Part shown: piece after piece, positions 43,475 to 54,273 of the stretch | Numbering within the stretch: the stretch's first letter is position 1 | Layout: every line of letters starts with the position of its first letter | Assembly (NCBI GenBank): GCA_965249485.1 | Contig: OZ252239.1 | Location: 1,440,001 to 1,504,000 of the forward strand | Direction: 5' to 3' | Source of the DNA: a bacterium | Lineage (GTDB): Bacteria; SM23-31 | Length of the DNA stretch: 64,000 nt | The notes under the pieces: generated by a model | Told to the model about the DNA's origin: nothing | The model's input: only the letters and a program-made list of their open reading frames with translations | The model's database searches: none | Program-made: the position numbers and the translations under genes

Positions 43475-44602
43475 ATGAAAATAGTTGTAATTGGTGCTGG
43501 TGCATTTGGTGGCTGGACGGCATTGCATCTCGTTCAAAATGGAGCGGATGTGACCCTCATCGATGCGTGGGGACCGGGCAATTCACGTGCTAGCTCCGGA
43601 GGTGAAACAAGGATAATCAGGAGCGTTTATCGTCATACTGTATACACAGAATTAAATGTTCGTGCACTCGAATTGTGGCATGAAGCCGGTCAAAAATGGG
43701 GGATTGAGCTGTTCCATAAAACAGGAGTTCTCTGGATGTCAACGAGCGATGAAGACTTTGTTGTAGATTCTCTCAACATCATGCGTTCATTGAATATAAA
43801 CCTAAAAGATATGACAGTAAAGGAAGCAGAGAAGTTTTATCCGCAGATATGTTTTGATGGGATATCGTTCGTAGTTTTTGAGGAGCATGCAGGTTATCTC
43901 CTTGCACGGCACGCATGCGAAGTGGTGTGGAAAAATTTCCTGCGGAATGGTGGTAAATACATACGTACGGCTGTCAAACCGGTCCAGTTTGAAAATAGTT
44001 CTGTAACTCAAGTAGAGCTGTCGAATGGTTCACTTATAAATGCGGACATGTTTGTTTTCGCATGCGGTCCGTGGCTCGGTTCGTTATTTCCAGATCTTTT
44101 GCTCGATAAAATTATTTCGACGAGACAAGAGGTCTATTATTTTGGGACAATCGCAGGCGATATAAAATTCGAGGAGGGCGCACTTCCGGTTTGGGTAGAT
44201 CAAGGAGATGGGGAATCATTCGGTTACTACGGTATACCGGGTAATGTCAACAGGGGTTTTAAAATTGCGAACGACATCCGCGGCGAGGTTTTTGACCCCA
44301 CCTATGGAGATCGAATGGTCTCAAAGAACGGCATTGATGCAGCTCGTGATTATTTACAGATGCGTTTTCCGGGAATGGAGGCCGCACCGCTCATAGAGGC
44401 ACGTGTTTGCCAATATGAAAGCACAGCCGATCTCCACTTTATTATCGACCGCCATCCTGAATCTGATAACGTTTTTATAGTTGGTGGGGGATCAGGTCAT
44501 GGTTTCAAGCACGGCCCTGCTGTGGGGGAATATGTTGCCCGCTCAATTCTGAAGGATGAACCGCTCAACCCGTTGTTTCTGTTGAACCGGTTTCACAAGT
44601 AG
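43475..44602 (+). CDS. FAD-dependent oxidoreductase, monomeric sarcosine oxidase/SolA-like
   Basis: VIGAGAFG, SSGGETRIIR, CQYE.T.D.HFIIDRHP, GGSGHGFKHGP. Confidence 0.85.
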   Translation: MKIVVIGAGAFGGWTALHLVQNGADVTLIDAWGPGNSRASSGGETRIIRSVYRHTVYTELNVRALELWHEAGQKWGIELFHKTGVLWMSTSDEDFVVDSLNIMRSLNINLKDMTVKEAEKFYPQICFDGISFVVFEEHAGYLLARHACEVVWKNFLRNGGKYIRTAVKPVQFENSSVTQVELSNGSLINADMFVFACGPWLGSLFPDLLLDKIISTRQEVYYFGTIAGDIKFEEGALPVWVDQGDGESFGYYGIPGNVNRGFKIANDIRGEVFDPTYGDRMVSKNGIDAARDYLQMRFPGMEAAPLIEARVCQYESTADLHFIIDRHPESDNVFIVGGGSGHGFKHGPAVGEYVARSILKDEPLNPLFLLNRFHK

Positions 44603-44610
44603 CAATAATT

Positions 44611-45207
44611 TTATTGAACAATTCTGATTTCTGCCCGCCTGTTTTCTGCTCGGCCTTCACGCGTATCATTTGCTGTTTTTGGCTCTTCATAAGAGAGACC
44701 CGTAATAATAAACTGTGACATTTTAAGATCCGTTTTATTAAGAAGATATTGAGCAGTTATCATTGAGCGATCTACGGAAAGTTCCCAGTTGGACGGATAT
44801 TTGTTCATCAGTTTATCCCCGATCCGTACCGCATCTGCATGACCTATGACATGAATTCGTGCTTCTGTGTTACTCTTAATTTGAAGCGCGATATCGTCAA
44901 GCTGTTTTTCGGCAGCAGGTGTTAGATACGAATAGCCGGAATAGAAAAGTATTTCGCCGAGACTTTGTGACTCCATCGCCATATCACCGTGCGATTCCAC
45001 TGATCCCATTGATTCAGTTGAAGCGGTATGCTGCTGTGTCTCAAGCATTGCAATTTGAGATTGCAGCTGTGTGATCATATTGTGCTGATCATCCGACTTA
45101 ACGGTCAAGGGGCTGTAAGCAAGAGTGTAAAACGCTATCCAACCGATTACACTTACTGCGAGGAGAATTCCCAGAGTTAGAGATAGTGATTTGGCTTTAT
45201 CATCCAT
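44611..45207 (-). CDS. OmpA/MotB-family peptidoglycan-binding membrane protein
   Basis: One N-terminal TM helix and a coiled coil; GHAD, YPSNWELS..R and GRAENRRAEI. Confidence 0.85.
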   Translation of the reverse strand: MDDKAKSLSLTLGILLAVSVIGWIAFYTLAYSPLTVKSDDQHNMITQLQSQIAMLETQQHTASTESMGSVESHGDMAMESQSLGEILFYSGYSYLTPAAEKQLDDIALQIKSNTEARIHVIGHADAVRIGDKLMNKYPSNWELSVDRSMITAQYLLNKTDLKMSQFIITGLSYEEPKTANDTREGRAENRRAEIRIVQ

Positions 45208-45407
45208 TGTGTCCTCACTGATTAATTTAATCGCAATAATGGTTCACACAATAGTATAGGGAATTTCTCAAGAGAATGGAAGGACTAAATTAGTAAATCT
45301 GTATATAGGAGTGTTTTATAGTGCAGTACAGAATATTTGTGGGGTGTGCTGCATCATCAGAAAGTATTTTGACCTGAACAAGTCAGATTCGGCCGTCACG
45401 CGACTTC

Positions 45408-48400
45408 TTAATTATTGCCCTGCATTCGTTGAATCACACGATTCGAAAATGACTGGACAGTCGTGCGGAGATCATCGAAGTACGTATATGCAAGCGGAAC
45501 AAATACGAGTGTAAAAAATGTCGACATTATCAGTCCCCCCATAATTGTTCTCCCCATAGGAGCATAGGGAATTCCTATAAGAGAGGAGTTGCCGAGGGCC
45601 ATAGGAACAAGGCCGAACATTGTAGTGAATGCTGTCATAAGAATCGGCCTGAACCTGTTTTTCCCCGCTTCAATGAGGGCGTCATGCCTCGACATGCCCT
45701 CTTTTCTGAATCGGTTGACAAGATCGACCAGAACAATTGCGTTGTTGACAACGATACCGATAAGAATTATCAGACCGATACCTGCCATCATGTCAAAGGG
45801 GGTTTTCGTGATATAAAGTGTCCAATATGCTCCGATGAAAGCAAACGGAATACAGACAATAATGGAAAGCGGGAGCACAAATGATTCAAACAATACACCC
45901 ATGAGTAGAAAGACAAACGAAACTGCCAGGATGAGTGCAAATTTTTGTGATGCCTCTTGAGATTCCCAACCCCTGAATCTGTCACCCTTATCAAGACTGT
46001 ACCCTCTCGGGAGCTGGAAGCCTGCAATTAATTGATCGATTTGTGTATATATATCCTGAGCACTTTCTTTTACGGTGTATCCTCGTACTGATAAATTTGT
46101 TTTGCCATTAGTCCGGTGGATAGAACCGACTCCTTTAGTTACTCTAAAATCAACAAAAGTAGCGAGTGGAAGCTCAGCCCCTGTTGAAGTTGTCACCATC
46201 ATGCCTTTCAGATTATCTAGCGTCTCCCGGTCAGATTTTTCAAGCTGAATCAATATGTCGATTTCACGCTCATCCGATTGATATTTCGGGAGGTACCGCC
46301 CGCGTATCATATAAGATACAAGACCGGCGATTTCCCGGGGAGATACGCCATATTTCCTTGCCAGAATTCTGTCAACAACGATATGAATCTCGTTATTACC
46401 CCGCCGCTCGATGTCAGATTCGACATCTACAAGCTGCGGGATCAATCTCATGCGCCGCTCAACTTCTTCAGCAATCGGTAACAGGGTGTCAGTGTCCGGG
46501 CCCAAAACCTGAATGGTGATTGCCTGATTATCACTGTCTCTCCGCCACGTTGTTCTGATGTCGACACCCGGAAATTCGGGCACCGATTTTTTTATATCGG
46601 CCACAATTTCATCATTATCTAATTTGTTACCGACCGGATAACCGATTGACTTTCGTACATTCCGGTAAAAAATATACCACCATGCATTATTCTCTAGCTG
46701 ATTTAAATATACATTAACGCGGCCTCTTCGTCGCGATATGTTTGTGTCGATTGTTTTGATATTATACCGCTCTTTATTTTCTATGATAAATTCTTCCAGT
46801 ACCAGCATTACATTATCAGCTTCTTCGAGATTATAATTGTCGGGCATGTCCACTATTATGCGGAGATCGGTAAAATTTCCATGACCTTCATCGGTTTTTT
46901 CTATATACGTGTACGGAAAGTAGATGGTTGCCACGAGAAGTATACCGATTATTGTCATATCAAAGCGATGTGATAGTGCCCATCTGAGTGTCCGTTCGTA
47001 AAATGACCGTCCCGTTGATACGATTTTCGATTCGGTGATATGTCCTTTAATCGGTAGTTTTTTTGCAATTAAAGGAATGAAAACAAGCGCAACAATCAGA
47101 GATCCAAGCAGAGCTGTTATAATTGGAACTCCAATTCTGAGGAGGTAAAAAGACATGCCGGTTTCGCCGCTCATCAGAATAAGCGGTAAAAACACGACAA
47201 TCGTGGTAAATGTTGCCATGATGACAGCAGTCGAGACTTCGCTTGCGCCGTTAACGGCGGCTTGCTCTTCACTGTCTCCAAGAATTCTCCTGCGATATAT
47301 GTTTTCAACGATCACAATTGAGTTGTCCACAACGAGGCCAACACTGATCATCATTCCCATGAGGGTTAATAAATTCAGTGTCCATCCTCCGAAATAGAGA
47401 GCAATGACTGTTACAACAAGTGATAAGGGGATAGCAAGCGTAATCAAAAAGGTCATCCTGAACCGTCGGAGAAAAAACAGCAAAATCCAGAATGCAAAGA
47501 GTGCTCCCCAGAGTGCAGCTTCTTCAAGATTATTCAGGGCATTAACAATATTTTCACCTTGATCAAAAAACACGAGTATATTGACACCACCGAGATTTGG
47601 ATTGTTTTTAATCTCATTGTCGATCATCGAAAGGGCAGCCTGTGTTACTAATATCGTGTTTGCGGTTGACTCTTTTTGAATGCTGATTTGCACAGCTGTT
47701 TTCAGGTCAATTCGCTCGAATGACGTTATTTCCGGGACGTCGTACCGAACGGAAGCAATATCTCTGAGCGTAATATCGGTGCCGCGTATCCGGATATTGT
47801 TGATATCATCGATATTTGCAAATTTTCCGAGTGCTCGTACATATAGTTTCTTCCCACCTTCTTTAAGATACCCGCTCGACAAAGCAAAATTGTCCTGCTG
47901 TAACTGCTGAATAATAGGATATATATTAATGCGGAGTGATTTGAGCTTTTCCTGATCTAATTCGATTAAAATTGTTTTTTGATCAAGTCCGGAAATTTGC
48001 ACATTTGCAATGCCGTCTATCCGTTCGAGTGGTTTTTTAATGAAATTATCCACAAGATAGTACGGGTCTTCGAATTCTTTGTCGAATGAGATGCCGATAT
48101 TAAGTATTCCCGCATCATCCATACTGAATTTTCTTACGGAATATCGCTCAACATCGTCAGGCAGCTCAGGCATGATACGCTCTATTCTGTCACGAACCTG
48201 ATTATAGGACTGGTCCATATCGGCATTCTGTTGAAACCTTACGAAAATCGAAGCAGTGCCAGAACTGCTGTTCGAGGAGATACTCTTAATATCCCGTACC
48301 GTCTGAATTGCTTCTTCAGCAGGCCGGGTAATATATTGCTCAATTTCACGGGGATTCGAATTTGGATACGGTATGGAAACGTGCAGAAAGGGCGGATTAA

Positions 48401-48533
48401 ATCCCTGTGGCATCAGTTCGACGGTTATTCTGGTGTACGCAATAAAACCGACAACAAGGAGTGCGGTCAGCATCATAATAATGGTAACCGGTTTTCGAAT
48501 TGCCAGTCTGGGAAGAAATGAGCCTTTGTCCAT
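45408..48533 (-). CDS. RND efflux permease (AcrB/MdtC-like)
   Basis: 1041 aa; GLVVDNSIV, VVFLP, GIVVNNAIVLVD, RFRPILMT. Confidence 0.93.
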   Translation of the reverse strand: MDKGSFLPRLAIRKPVTIIMMLTALLVVGFIAYTRITVELMPQGFNPPFLHVSIPYPNSNPREIEQYITRPAEEAIQTVRDIKSISSNSSSGTASIFVRFQQNADMDQSYNQVRDRIERIMPELPDDVERYSVRKFSMDDAGILNIGISFDKEFEDPYYLVDNFIKKPLERIDGIANVQISGLDQKTILIELDQEKLKSLRINIYPIIQQLQQDNFALSSGYLKEGGKKLYVRALGKFANIDDINNIRIRGTDITLRDIASVRYDVPEITSFERIDLKTAVQISIQKESTANTILVTQAALSMIDNEIKNNPNLGGVNILVFFDQGENIVNALNNLEEAALWGALFAFWILLFFLRRFRMTFLITLAIPLSLVVTVIALYFGGWTLNLLTLMGMMISVGLVVDNSIVIVENIYRRRILGDSEEQAAVNGASEVSTAVIMATFTTIVVFLPLILMSGETGMSFYLLRIGVPIITALLGSLIVALVFIPLIAKKLPIKGHITESKIVSTGRSFYERTLRWALSHRFDMTIIGILLVATIYFPYTYIEKTDEGHGNFTDLRIIVDMPDNYNLEEADNVMLVLEEFIIENKERYNIKTIDTNISRRRGRVNVYLNQLENNAWWYIFYRNVRKSIGYPVGNKLDNDEIVADIKKSVPEFPGVDIRTTWRRDSDNQAITIQVLGPDTDTLLPIAEEVERRMRLIPQLVDVESDIERRGNNEIHIVVDRILARKYGVSPREIAGLVSYMIRGRYLPKYQSDEREIDILIQLEKSDRETLDNLKGMMVTTSTGAELPLATFVDFRVTKGVGSIHRTNGKTNLSVRGYTVKESAQDIYTQIDQLIAGFQLPRGYSLDKGDRFRGWESQEASQKFALILAVSFVFLLMGVLFESFVLPLSIIVCIPFAFIGAYWTLYITKTPFDMMAGIGLIILIGIVVNNAIVLVDLVNRFRKEGMSRHDALIEAGKNRFRPILMTAFTTMFGLVPMALGNSSLIGIPYAPMGRTIMGGLIMSTFFTLVFVPLAYTYFDDLRTTVQSFSNRVIQRMQGNN

Positions 48534-48566
48534 ATGTTTATCTTTTCTGTTGAAAAGGATTGTTGT

Positions 48567-51500
48567 TTATTTTTTTCTATCCATGACAGCGTATACAGTC
48601 GGAATGACAACCAGTGTCAGTACAGTAGAGCTGATAAGACCGGCTATAACAGTAATTGCCATCGGAGTCCGTATCTCCGCACCATCACCTAAACCCAACG
48701 CCATCGGCAAAAGCCCAAGAACCGTTGTTGCAGTGGTCATGAGAATCGGACGTAGCCGGACACTGCCAGCGAGCATTATTGCCTCTTCTTTCGTGTTACC
48801 GCGCTGCCGAAGCTGATTTATATAATCGACGAAGACAATTGCATTATTAACCACAATTCCAGCAAGCATGATCATCCCGATAAATACAACAATACTTATG
48901 GAGATCTTCATCACATAAAGTGTTGCAATAACACCAATAATAGCCAACGGAATCGTCGAAAGAATAACAAACGGATGAATCAGGTTTTCAAACTGAGATG
49001 CCATAATCACATATATCAGAAAAACTGCAAGAAGCAGTGCAAACCGGAGGCTGTCAAGGGACGTCTGCATTTCCTGGTTCTGACCGGCCAATCGAAATTG
49101 AAAATCTGCCGGTCTCGGAATATCCGCTAGTACCTGCTCTATCTGTGTGCTGACCGATCCGAGGTCGACACCGGTTAAATTTGCGCTAATGAGAGCGGAC
49201 CTCTGTTGGTTGATCCGCCGGATTTCACTCGGTCCGTCATTGATTTGTATACTTGCGACAGATGATAGAGGTATTGGGGTTGTTCCTCCGGGATTGATGA
49301 CAAGTTTGTACAGATCGGCGAGATTCGCTTTGTCTTCTTCACGTACTTTGACCAAAATGTCGATTTTACGTTCTTTATCCCGGAATGAGGTGGCAACTTC
49401 ACCCTGAACTTTATTTTTCACGAGGGTTGCCACCTGAAAGATATTCAAAGAATATTTTGAAAGCTGTGTTCTGTCATAATTTATAATAACTTCGGGATTT
49501 CCCCGGCGAATGTTCGACTTGACATCGGTTAATCCGGGTATGCCTGCTAGCTGTTCCACAACCTCACTACTGAGCCGTTGTAGTGATTCAAGCTGGTATC
49601 CCGTAATTTCGACCTCAATCGGTGTTTTGAAACTGAATAGCGCTGGCCTCGACAATTTTGTCGTAATACCGGAATATTGTGATAACTGTTCACGCAGCTC
49701 ATTTATTGCTGTCGTCTCTTTATCAAAAAGATTGCCACCTTCATTCAGCAAGACATTGACACGAGCAGTATGCTCGCCCTCTTCGGCAAGAGACGAGGTA
49801 CTGTTCAATTCGGTTCCGATAATTGCGCTTCCCTGCTTAACATTCGGGAGATTTCCGATCATATTTTCGATTTGCAGGGTGTTTTCTGCTGTCTGTTCAA
49901 CCGGAGTGCCAACCGGATATGTGAGTTCAACAGTGAATTCTCCTCGGTGAAGTTCAGGAATGAGTTCCTGACCGAGATTAGGCAGTAGATATAATAGGCA
50001 GAGAGCAAACAGCGCTAATGACGACATGATTACTACGGCTTTGTGCCTGAGAGCATTGTGCAGAATAACCGGATACATTCTGCTTACGGAGGCATACAAT
50101 CCGTTAAAGAGTCCCACTGCGGGAATAAGCACAATTGCCAGCAGTGTTATGATGCTGATGAACAATGACATAAATACTGCAATAATTCCCACAGGAATTA
50201 ATAATACAAGCTTTCCGAATAATCCGAAAGCCATTTCCAGAATAAACCGGGAAATAAAATAGAGGATTGCAACCGGGAATAAAATCCAGGCTAACAGTTT
50301 ACCTGTTCCGCCACGAAATTGCGGATATTTCTCTTCATTTTCGCCTGTGGGCCGGAGTAACTTTGTTGTAAATTGAGTATAGAGAGAAAAGTAAGTTTTG
50401 CGTGCCTGGAATAAGAGAATTCCATCCCAGAACATGCTAAGCCATGCAGCAGGAACGATCTGATCAGATAGCATTTTTCCATCTTTCAGATCACTATTTT
50501 CTAAACTGCTTCTCCTGGCGAAACCTGTTGCCACATAGAGTATCCCCCATAACACGGTAATGATACATTCAATAACTATAAGAATGAGTGCCGCGAGAAA
50601 AAGAGCAAGTTTTGTCACCATGTCTGTTAAAGACAATACGACAATCTTCGGTATTGAAGCATAAAATCCTGTCACACTCGCAGCAGAAGTATTATTTTTG
50701 ATAGCATTGATTTTAGTTTTAAAAAGATTCAATGAGCGAAGTTGGAGATAGTCCATCGATCGGATATTTGATAATGTATCGCCATTGTCTGACTGTGGAA
50801 GCTGGCGTGACGCTAACATTGGTATGAAAAATAGTGCGGCAAGCAGCGATGCCAGCAACGAGAAGACGACAACAAGAGCCATATCTCCAAAAATTTGTCC
50901 TGCAATTCCTTCGACAAACACTATAGGGAAAAATACTGCAATAGTTGTCAGCGTTGAGGCAAACACTGCTCCACCCACCTCTCCTGTGCCGCGTACTGCA
51001 GCATCGGCCACAGAATCGCCATCTTCCTTACACCTGAAAATCGACTCCAGCACAACAATTGAGTTATCGACCAACATTCCGATACCGAGAGCAAGACCAC
51101 CAAGCGACATGATATTGAGTGATACATCAAAGAGATACATGGGAGCAAATGTCGCAATGACCGATATAGGAATTGTCAGTCCGATAATAAAAGTGCTCAT
51201 CAGGTTTCTCAAGAAAAAATAGAGGACAACAATTGCCAGAATACCGCCCATAACTGCAGTGTTTCGAACTTCATCAATAGAACTCTTGATAAACACTGAC
51301 TGATCTGACAGTGTTGTGATTGTTACTCCGGCAGGAAGGGTATTTGAAAAAAAATCGGTGTCGAGCGCAGTTGGTGCAGCGCCACCACCCATTCCCATTC
51401 TTGGGCCTCGTCCCCGCCTTCCGCCTCGATGCCCGCCCCCGCCTGTGTTTGCTGTTTGCTGTTCTGGTGCTTCGGTACTTTGTTGCTCGACAAGTGCTTG

Positions 51501-52433
51501 CTGGGCAGCAGTACCGTAAATTTTATCCCGTACAGCCTGAGCAACAGTTACAATGTTTGCATCTGCTTCTTTATATATTTCGATGTCAACGCTTTCAACA
51601 CCGTTAATACGAGTCATAACTTCCCGGTCTTTGTGAGTTTTAAATGCCGAGCCGATATCCTGAACTTTGATGTCGGCTCCATTTCGTGTGCCGATTATTA
51701 TTTCATTAATTTCATCTATGGTACGGAACTCATTGAGCGTCCTGACAAGATACTCGGTGTCGCCTTCTTTCAGGTTTCCACCTGCAAGGTTAATATTCTC
51801 TTGCTCGAGGCGTAAATTAACTTCTGCAATACCTAAATTCAGCACTGTCAACTGGTTTTCGTTCATCTCTACACGAATTTCTTCAACAAGGCCACCCTTA
51901 ATCTTGATTGCAGCAACTCCCGGAAGTGTTTCAAGCTCACGCCTGAGTTCTTCGTCGGCAATCCGACGCAGTGAAATTAAATCCATATCACCATACAGCC
52001 CGAACCGCATGATAGGATCGAGAGTGGGATCGTATCTGAGTATTAAGGGCCGTTTTACATTTTGAGGAAGAATGACCTGATCCACTTTTTCCCGGACATC
52101 CTGAATTACCAGATTCATGTCGGTATCCCAGGAAAATTCAAGTATTACATCGGAGAGGCCCGCTTTTGATATGGAACTGATATTGACGAGATTATTGACA
52201 ATACCAAGTTGTTGTTCCAACTGCCGTGATATAATCGTTTCAATCTCCTCCGGAGCCGTGCCTGCGTATTCTGTCCGGACAGTAAGGGATGGATAGCTGA
52301 TCTCAGGCATGAGGTTAAGTGATAGAAGGGAATAAGAAATGATGCCAAAAACAAAGACCGCAATGACGGTCATGAGGATAGCGACCGGTCGTGTGGTTGT
52401 CAAACGGAATGTTTCTTTATAGTCTTTTTTCAT
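48567..52433 (-). CDS. RND efflux permease (AcrB/MdtB-like) with large insertions
   Basis: 1288 aa; GMLVDNSIVVLE, SQFE, GIVVNNAI, RLRPILMT. Confidence 0.92.
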   Translation of the reverse strand: MKKDYKETFRLTTTRPVAILMTVIAVFVFGIISYSLLSLNLMPEISYPSLTVRTEYAGTAPEEIETIISRQLEQQLGIVNNLVNISSISKAGLSDVILEFSWDTDMNLVIQDVREKVDQVILPQNVKRPLILRYDPTLDPIMRFGLYGDMDLISLRRIADEELRRELETLPGVAAIKIKGGLVEEIRVEMNENQLTVLNLGIAEVNLRLEQENINLAGGNLKEGDTEYLVRTLNEFRTIDEINEIIIGTRNGADIKVQDIGSAFKTHKDREVMTRINGVESVDIEIYKEADANIVTVAQAVRDKIYGTAAQQALVEQQSTEAPEQQTANTGGGGHRGGRRGRGPRMGMGGGAAPTALDTDFFSNTLPAGVTITTLSDQSVFIKSSIDEVRNTAVMGGILAIVVLYFFLRNLMSTFIIGLTIPISVIATFAPMYLFDVSLNIMSLGGLALGIGMLVDNSIVVLESIFRCKEDGDSVADAAVRGTGEVGGAVFASTLTTIAVFFPIVFVEGIAGQIFGDMALVVVFSLLASLLAALFFIPMLASRQLPQSDNGDTLSNIRSMDYLQLRSLNLFKTKINAIKNNTSAASVTGFYASIPKIVVLSLTDMVTKLALFLAALILIVIECIITVLWGILYVATGFARRSSLENSDLKDGKMLSDQIVPAAWLSMFWDGILLFQARKTYFSLYTQFTTKLLRPTGENEEKYPQFRGGTGKLLAWILFPVAILYFISRFILEMAFGLFGKLVLLIPVGIIAVFMSLFISIITLLAIVLIPAVGLFNGLYASVSRMYPVILHNALRHKAVVIMSSLALFALCLLYLLPNLGQELIPELHRGEFTVELTYPVGTPVEQTAENTLQIENMIGNLPNVKQGSAIIGTELNSTSSLAEEGEHTARVNVLLNEGGNLFDKETTAINELREQLSQYSGITTKLSRPALFSFKTPIEVEITGYQLESLQRLSSEVVEQLAGIPGLTDVKSNIRRGNPEVIINYDRTQLSKYSLNIFQVATLVKNKVQGEVATSFRDKERKIDILVKVREEDKANLADLYKLVINPGGTTPIPLSSVASIQINDGPSEIRRINQQRSALISANLTGVDLGSVSTQIEQVLADIPRPADFQFRLAGQNQEMQTSLDSLRFALLLAVFLIYVIMASQFENLIHPFVILSTIPLAIIGVIATLYVMKISISIVVFIGMIMLAGIVVNNAIVFVDYINQLRQRGNTKEEAIMLAGSVRLRPILMTTATTVLGLLPMALGLGDGAEIRTPMAITVIAGLISSTVLTLVVIPTVYAVMDRKK

Positions 52434-52565
52434 CGGGTAAATGATACGTTAATCGGTTTCAGGATAAAGGATACAAAAATAAAAAGTCCGCTGTCAATAG
52501 TGACATTTTGTTGCCAGATTGTGGTACGAATAATAATCACACTCTGTTTTGCGCTCTTTATATTA

Positions 52566-53681
52566 CTATTTTCCGTTGAGTGCACCATTCTGAGGCAGGG
52601 TCCTGATAAGAGCGCCGTCTCTCAGGCCATTTTGGCCGACAACTATAATTTCATCCCCGATGGAAAAGTTTTCTAAAGATTCAGTGAACTGCTCATCAGA
52701 AAATCCTGACTTTAATGCTACACGGCTTGCAACAGAATTTTCCACTTTAAACACATAGGGCAGCCCACTATCATACACAATAGCGTCTTTGGGTACTGCA
52801 ATCACATCAATATGCACCGCAGTAATGATTTGCACTGTAATAAACATTCCGGGACGCAACAAATTGTTCGGGTCTTTTATTCCTACAGTAATTTTGAATG
52901 TACCGCTTGTCGGATCCACAATGGGACTCATTCGCTTTACAAATCCTTCAAACGTTCTCTTCTCAAGATATTCCGAAATAATGACAGCTTCCTGTCCAAT
53001 ACGGATTCTGCTGATCTCACTTTCCGGTATAAATACCCGGGCAATGATTTCAGATGTGTCAACGATCTGGAAGAGTGCAGTTGATGATTGAACCCGGTCC
53101 CCGCTCTTTATATTCCGCTTGGTGACCACTCCTTTAATCGGAGAGGTAACTTTGGTATAACTTAGATTGAGCTGGGACTGCTTCCATGACAGTTCAGCGC
53201 TCTCCATAGCATATTTAGCATTATCGAGATCGACTTTACTGATAATGTTTTTCTCAAACGATTCATTTGTACGGTTGAACTCGGCTTCAGCTTTCTGGAA
53301 ATTCACACGGGATGTTTGCTCGGCAATAACATATTCCCTGTCGTCCAGTTGAACCAAGACATTGGTCGATGCAATTCTGTCACCTTCTTCAACAAAGAGT
53401 TTCGTAATAATCCCCGGGACCTGAGAATATACATCAACCATCGATTCGGTCTTTATGGTTGAGCTGAGATTAACAAATGAATTAATTGTTCTCGGTGTCA
53501 GATACGTCGTTTCAACAAGAACTTGTTGAGCAGCCTGAGATGCTTCTGGTCCTTGTCTCATAGCATTGGGCTGGTGCGCCTCATTCTCAGTATTATTTGC
53601 CTCAGTTTCCCCGGAGCCGCACTGCAGAGCAATAACAGAAGTCAGAATCAGTAGACAAGGGGCAATAATTTTATTCAACAT
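52566..53681 (-). CDS. RND periplasmic adaptor (membrane fusion protein), lipoprotein
   Basis: ALQC lipobox; VEEGD, SPIKGVV, VDPTSGT, LRPGMF. Confidence 0.92.
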   Translation of the reverse strand: MLNKIIAPCLLILTSVIALQCGSGETEANNTENEAHQPNAMRQGPEASQAAQQVLVETTYLTPRTINSFVNLSSTIKTESMVDVYSQVPGIITKLFVEEGDRIASTNVLVQLDDREYVIAEQTSRVNFQKAEAEFNRTNESFEKNIISKVDLDNAKYAMESAELSWKQSQLNLSYTKVTSPIKGVVTKRNIKSGDRVQSSTALFQIVDTSEIIARVFIPESEISRIRIGQEAVIISEYLEKRTFEGFVKRMSPIVDPTSGTFKITVGIKDPNNLLRPGMFITVQIITAVHIDVIAVPKDAIVYDSGLPYVFKVENSVASRVALKSGFSDEQFTESLENFSIGDEIIVVGQNGLRDGALIRTLPQNGALNGK

Positions 53682-53931
53682 TTTACATCCTTACTATAAC
53701 GTACGTCTTGCATGTAAATACAATTATCAGGTTAAAAAATTCAATAATTAAGTGATAATTTAAAATCAGTATTCTCAATTGCAAGTTCAATTTGTGTGAT
53801 TGCATTATTATAGCTCAAACTATTAGACGTTTTTGTAAACCCGATTGTTGCAAAAAATCCCAAAAATTTTACTTGCTAATATTTGTCAGGATAAATGTGG
53901 AGAAAAAATGCTAAAAACGTGATTTTTTTTC

Positions 53932-53960
53932 TTGCACAAAAATGAATTTTGCACTATACT
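53932..53960 (+). promoter_or_regulatory. Near-consensus sigma70 promoter with no downstream annotated gene
   Basis: TTGCAC-N17-TATACT. Confidence 0.6.
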
Positions 53961-53965
53961 AGACA

Positions 53966-54185
53966 CGCTTAAAAATGAGAGTTCTCAATAGCTCTTTTTG
54001 AAGTATGTAATTGTAATAAAAAGGAGTACCGGCAGGTTTCACTTTTCGGATAGTTTTCTGCTCAACCGCACGGTTTGGCAGATGAGATTGATTATTAAAG
54101 CAGATAATTATAGAGTTATAGCTCCCTCACTACCCATCCATAATATATATAATTGATGGGTCTTAAAGCTGGGGGAGCTTTTTTT
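53966..54185 (+). ncRNA. Candidate ~220-nt small RNA or small-ORF transcript
   Basis: Lies between the promoter above and a nested hairpin followed by T7; no ORF of 60 aa or more; no family recognised. Confidence 0.35.
54120..54185 (+). terminator. Terminator-like nested hairpin
   Basis: AGCTCCCTCA/TGGGGGAGCT outer stem (one G-U), ACCCATC/GATGGGT inner stem, then a T-run. Confidence 0.6.
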
Positions 54186-54273
54186 GTTCGATTGAATTTA
54201 GTTGCAACTCTATTTTAGATAGTCAAATAATTCGATGATTACGCTTTGATGAATGGTTACGGTGGTCAAACTG

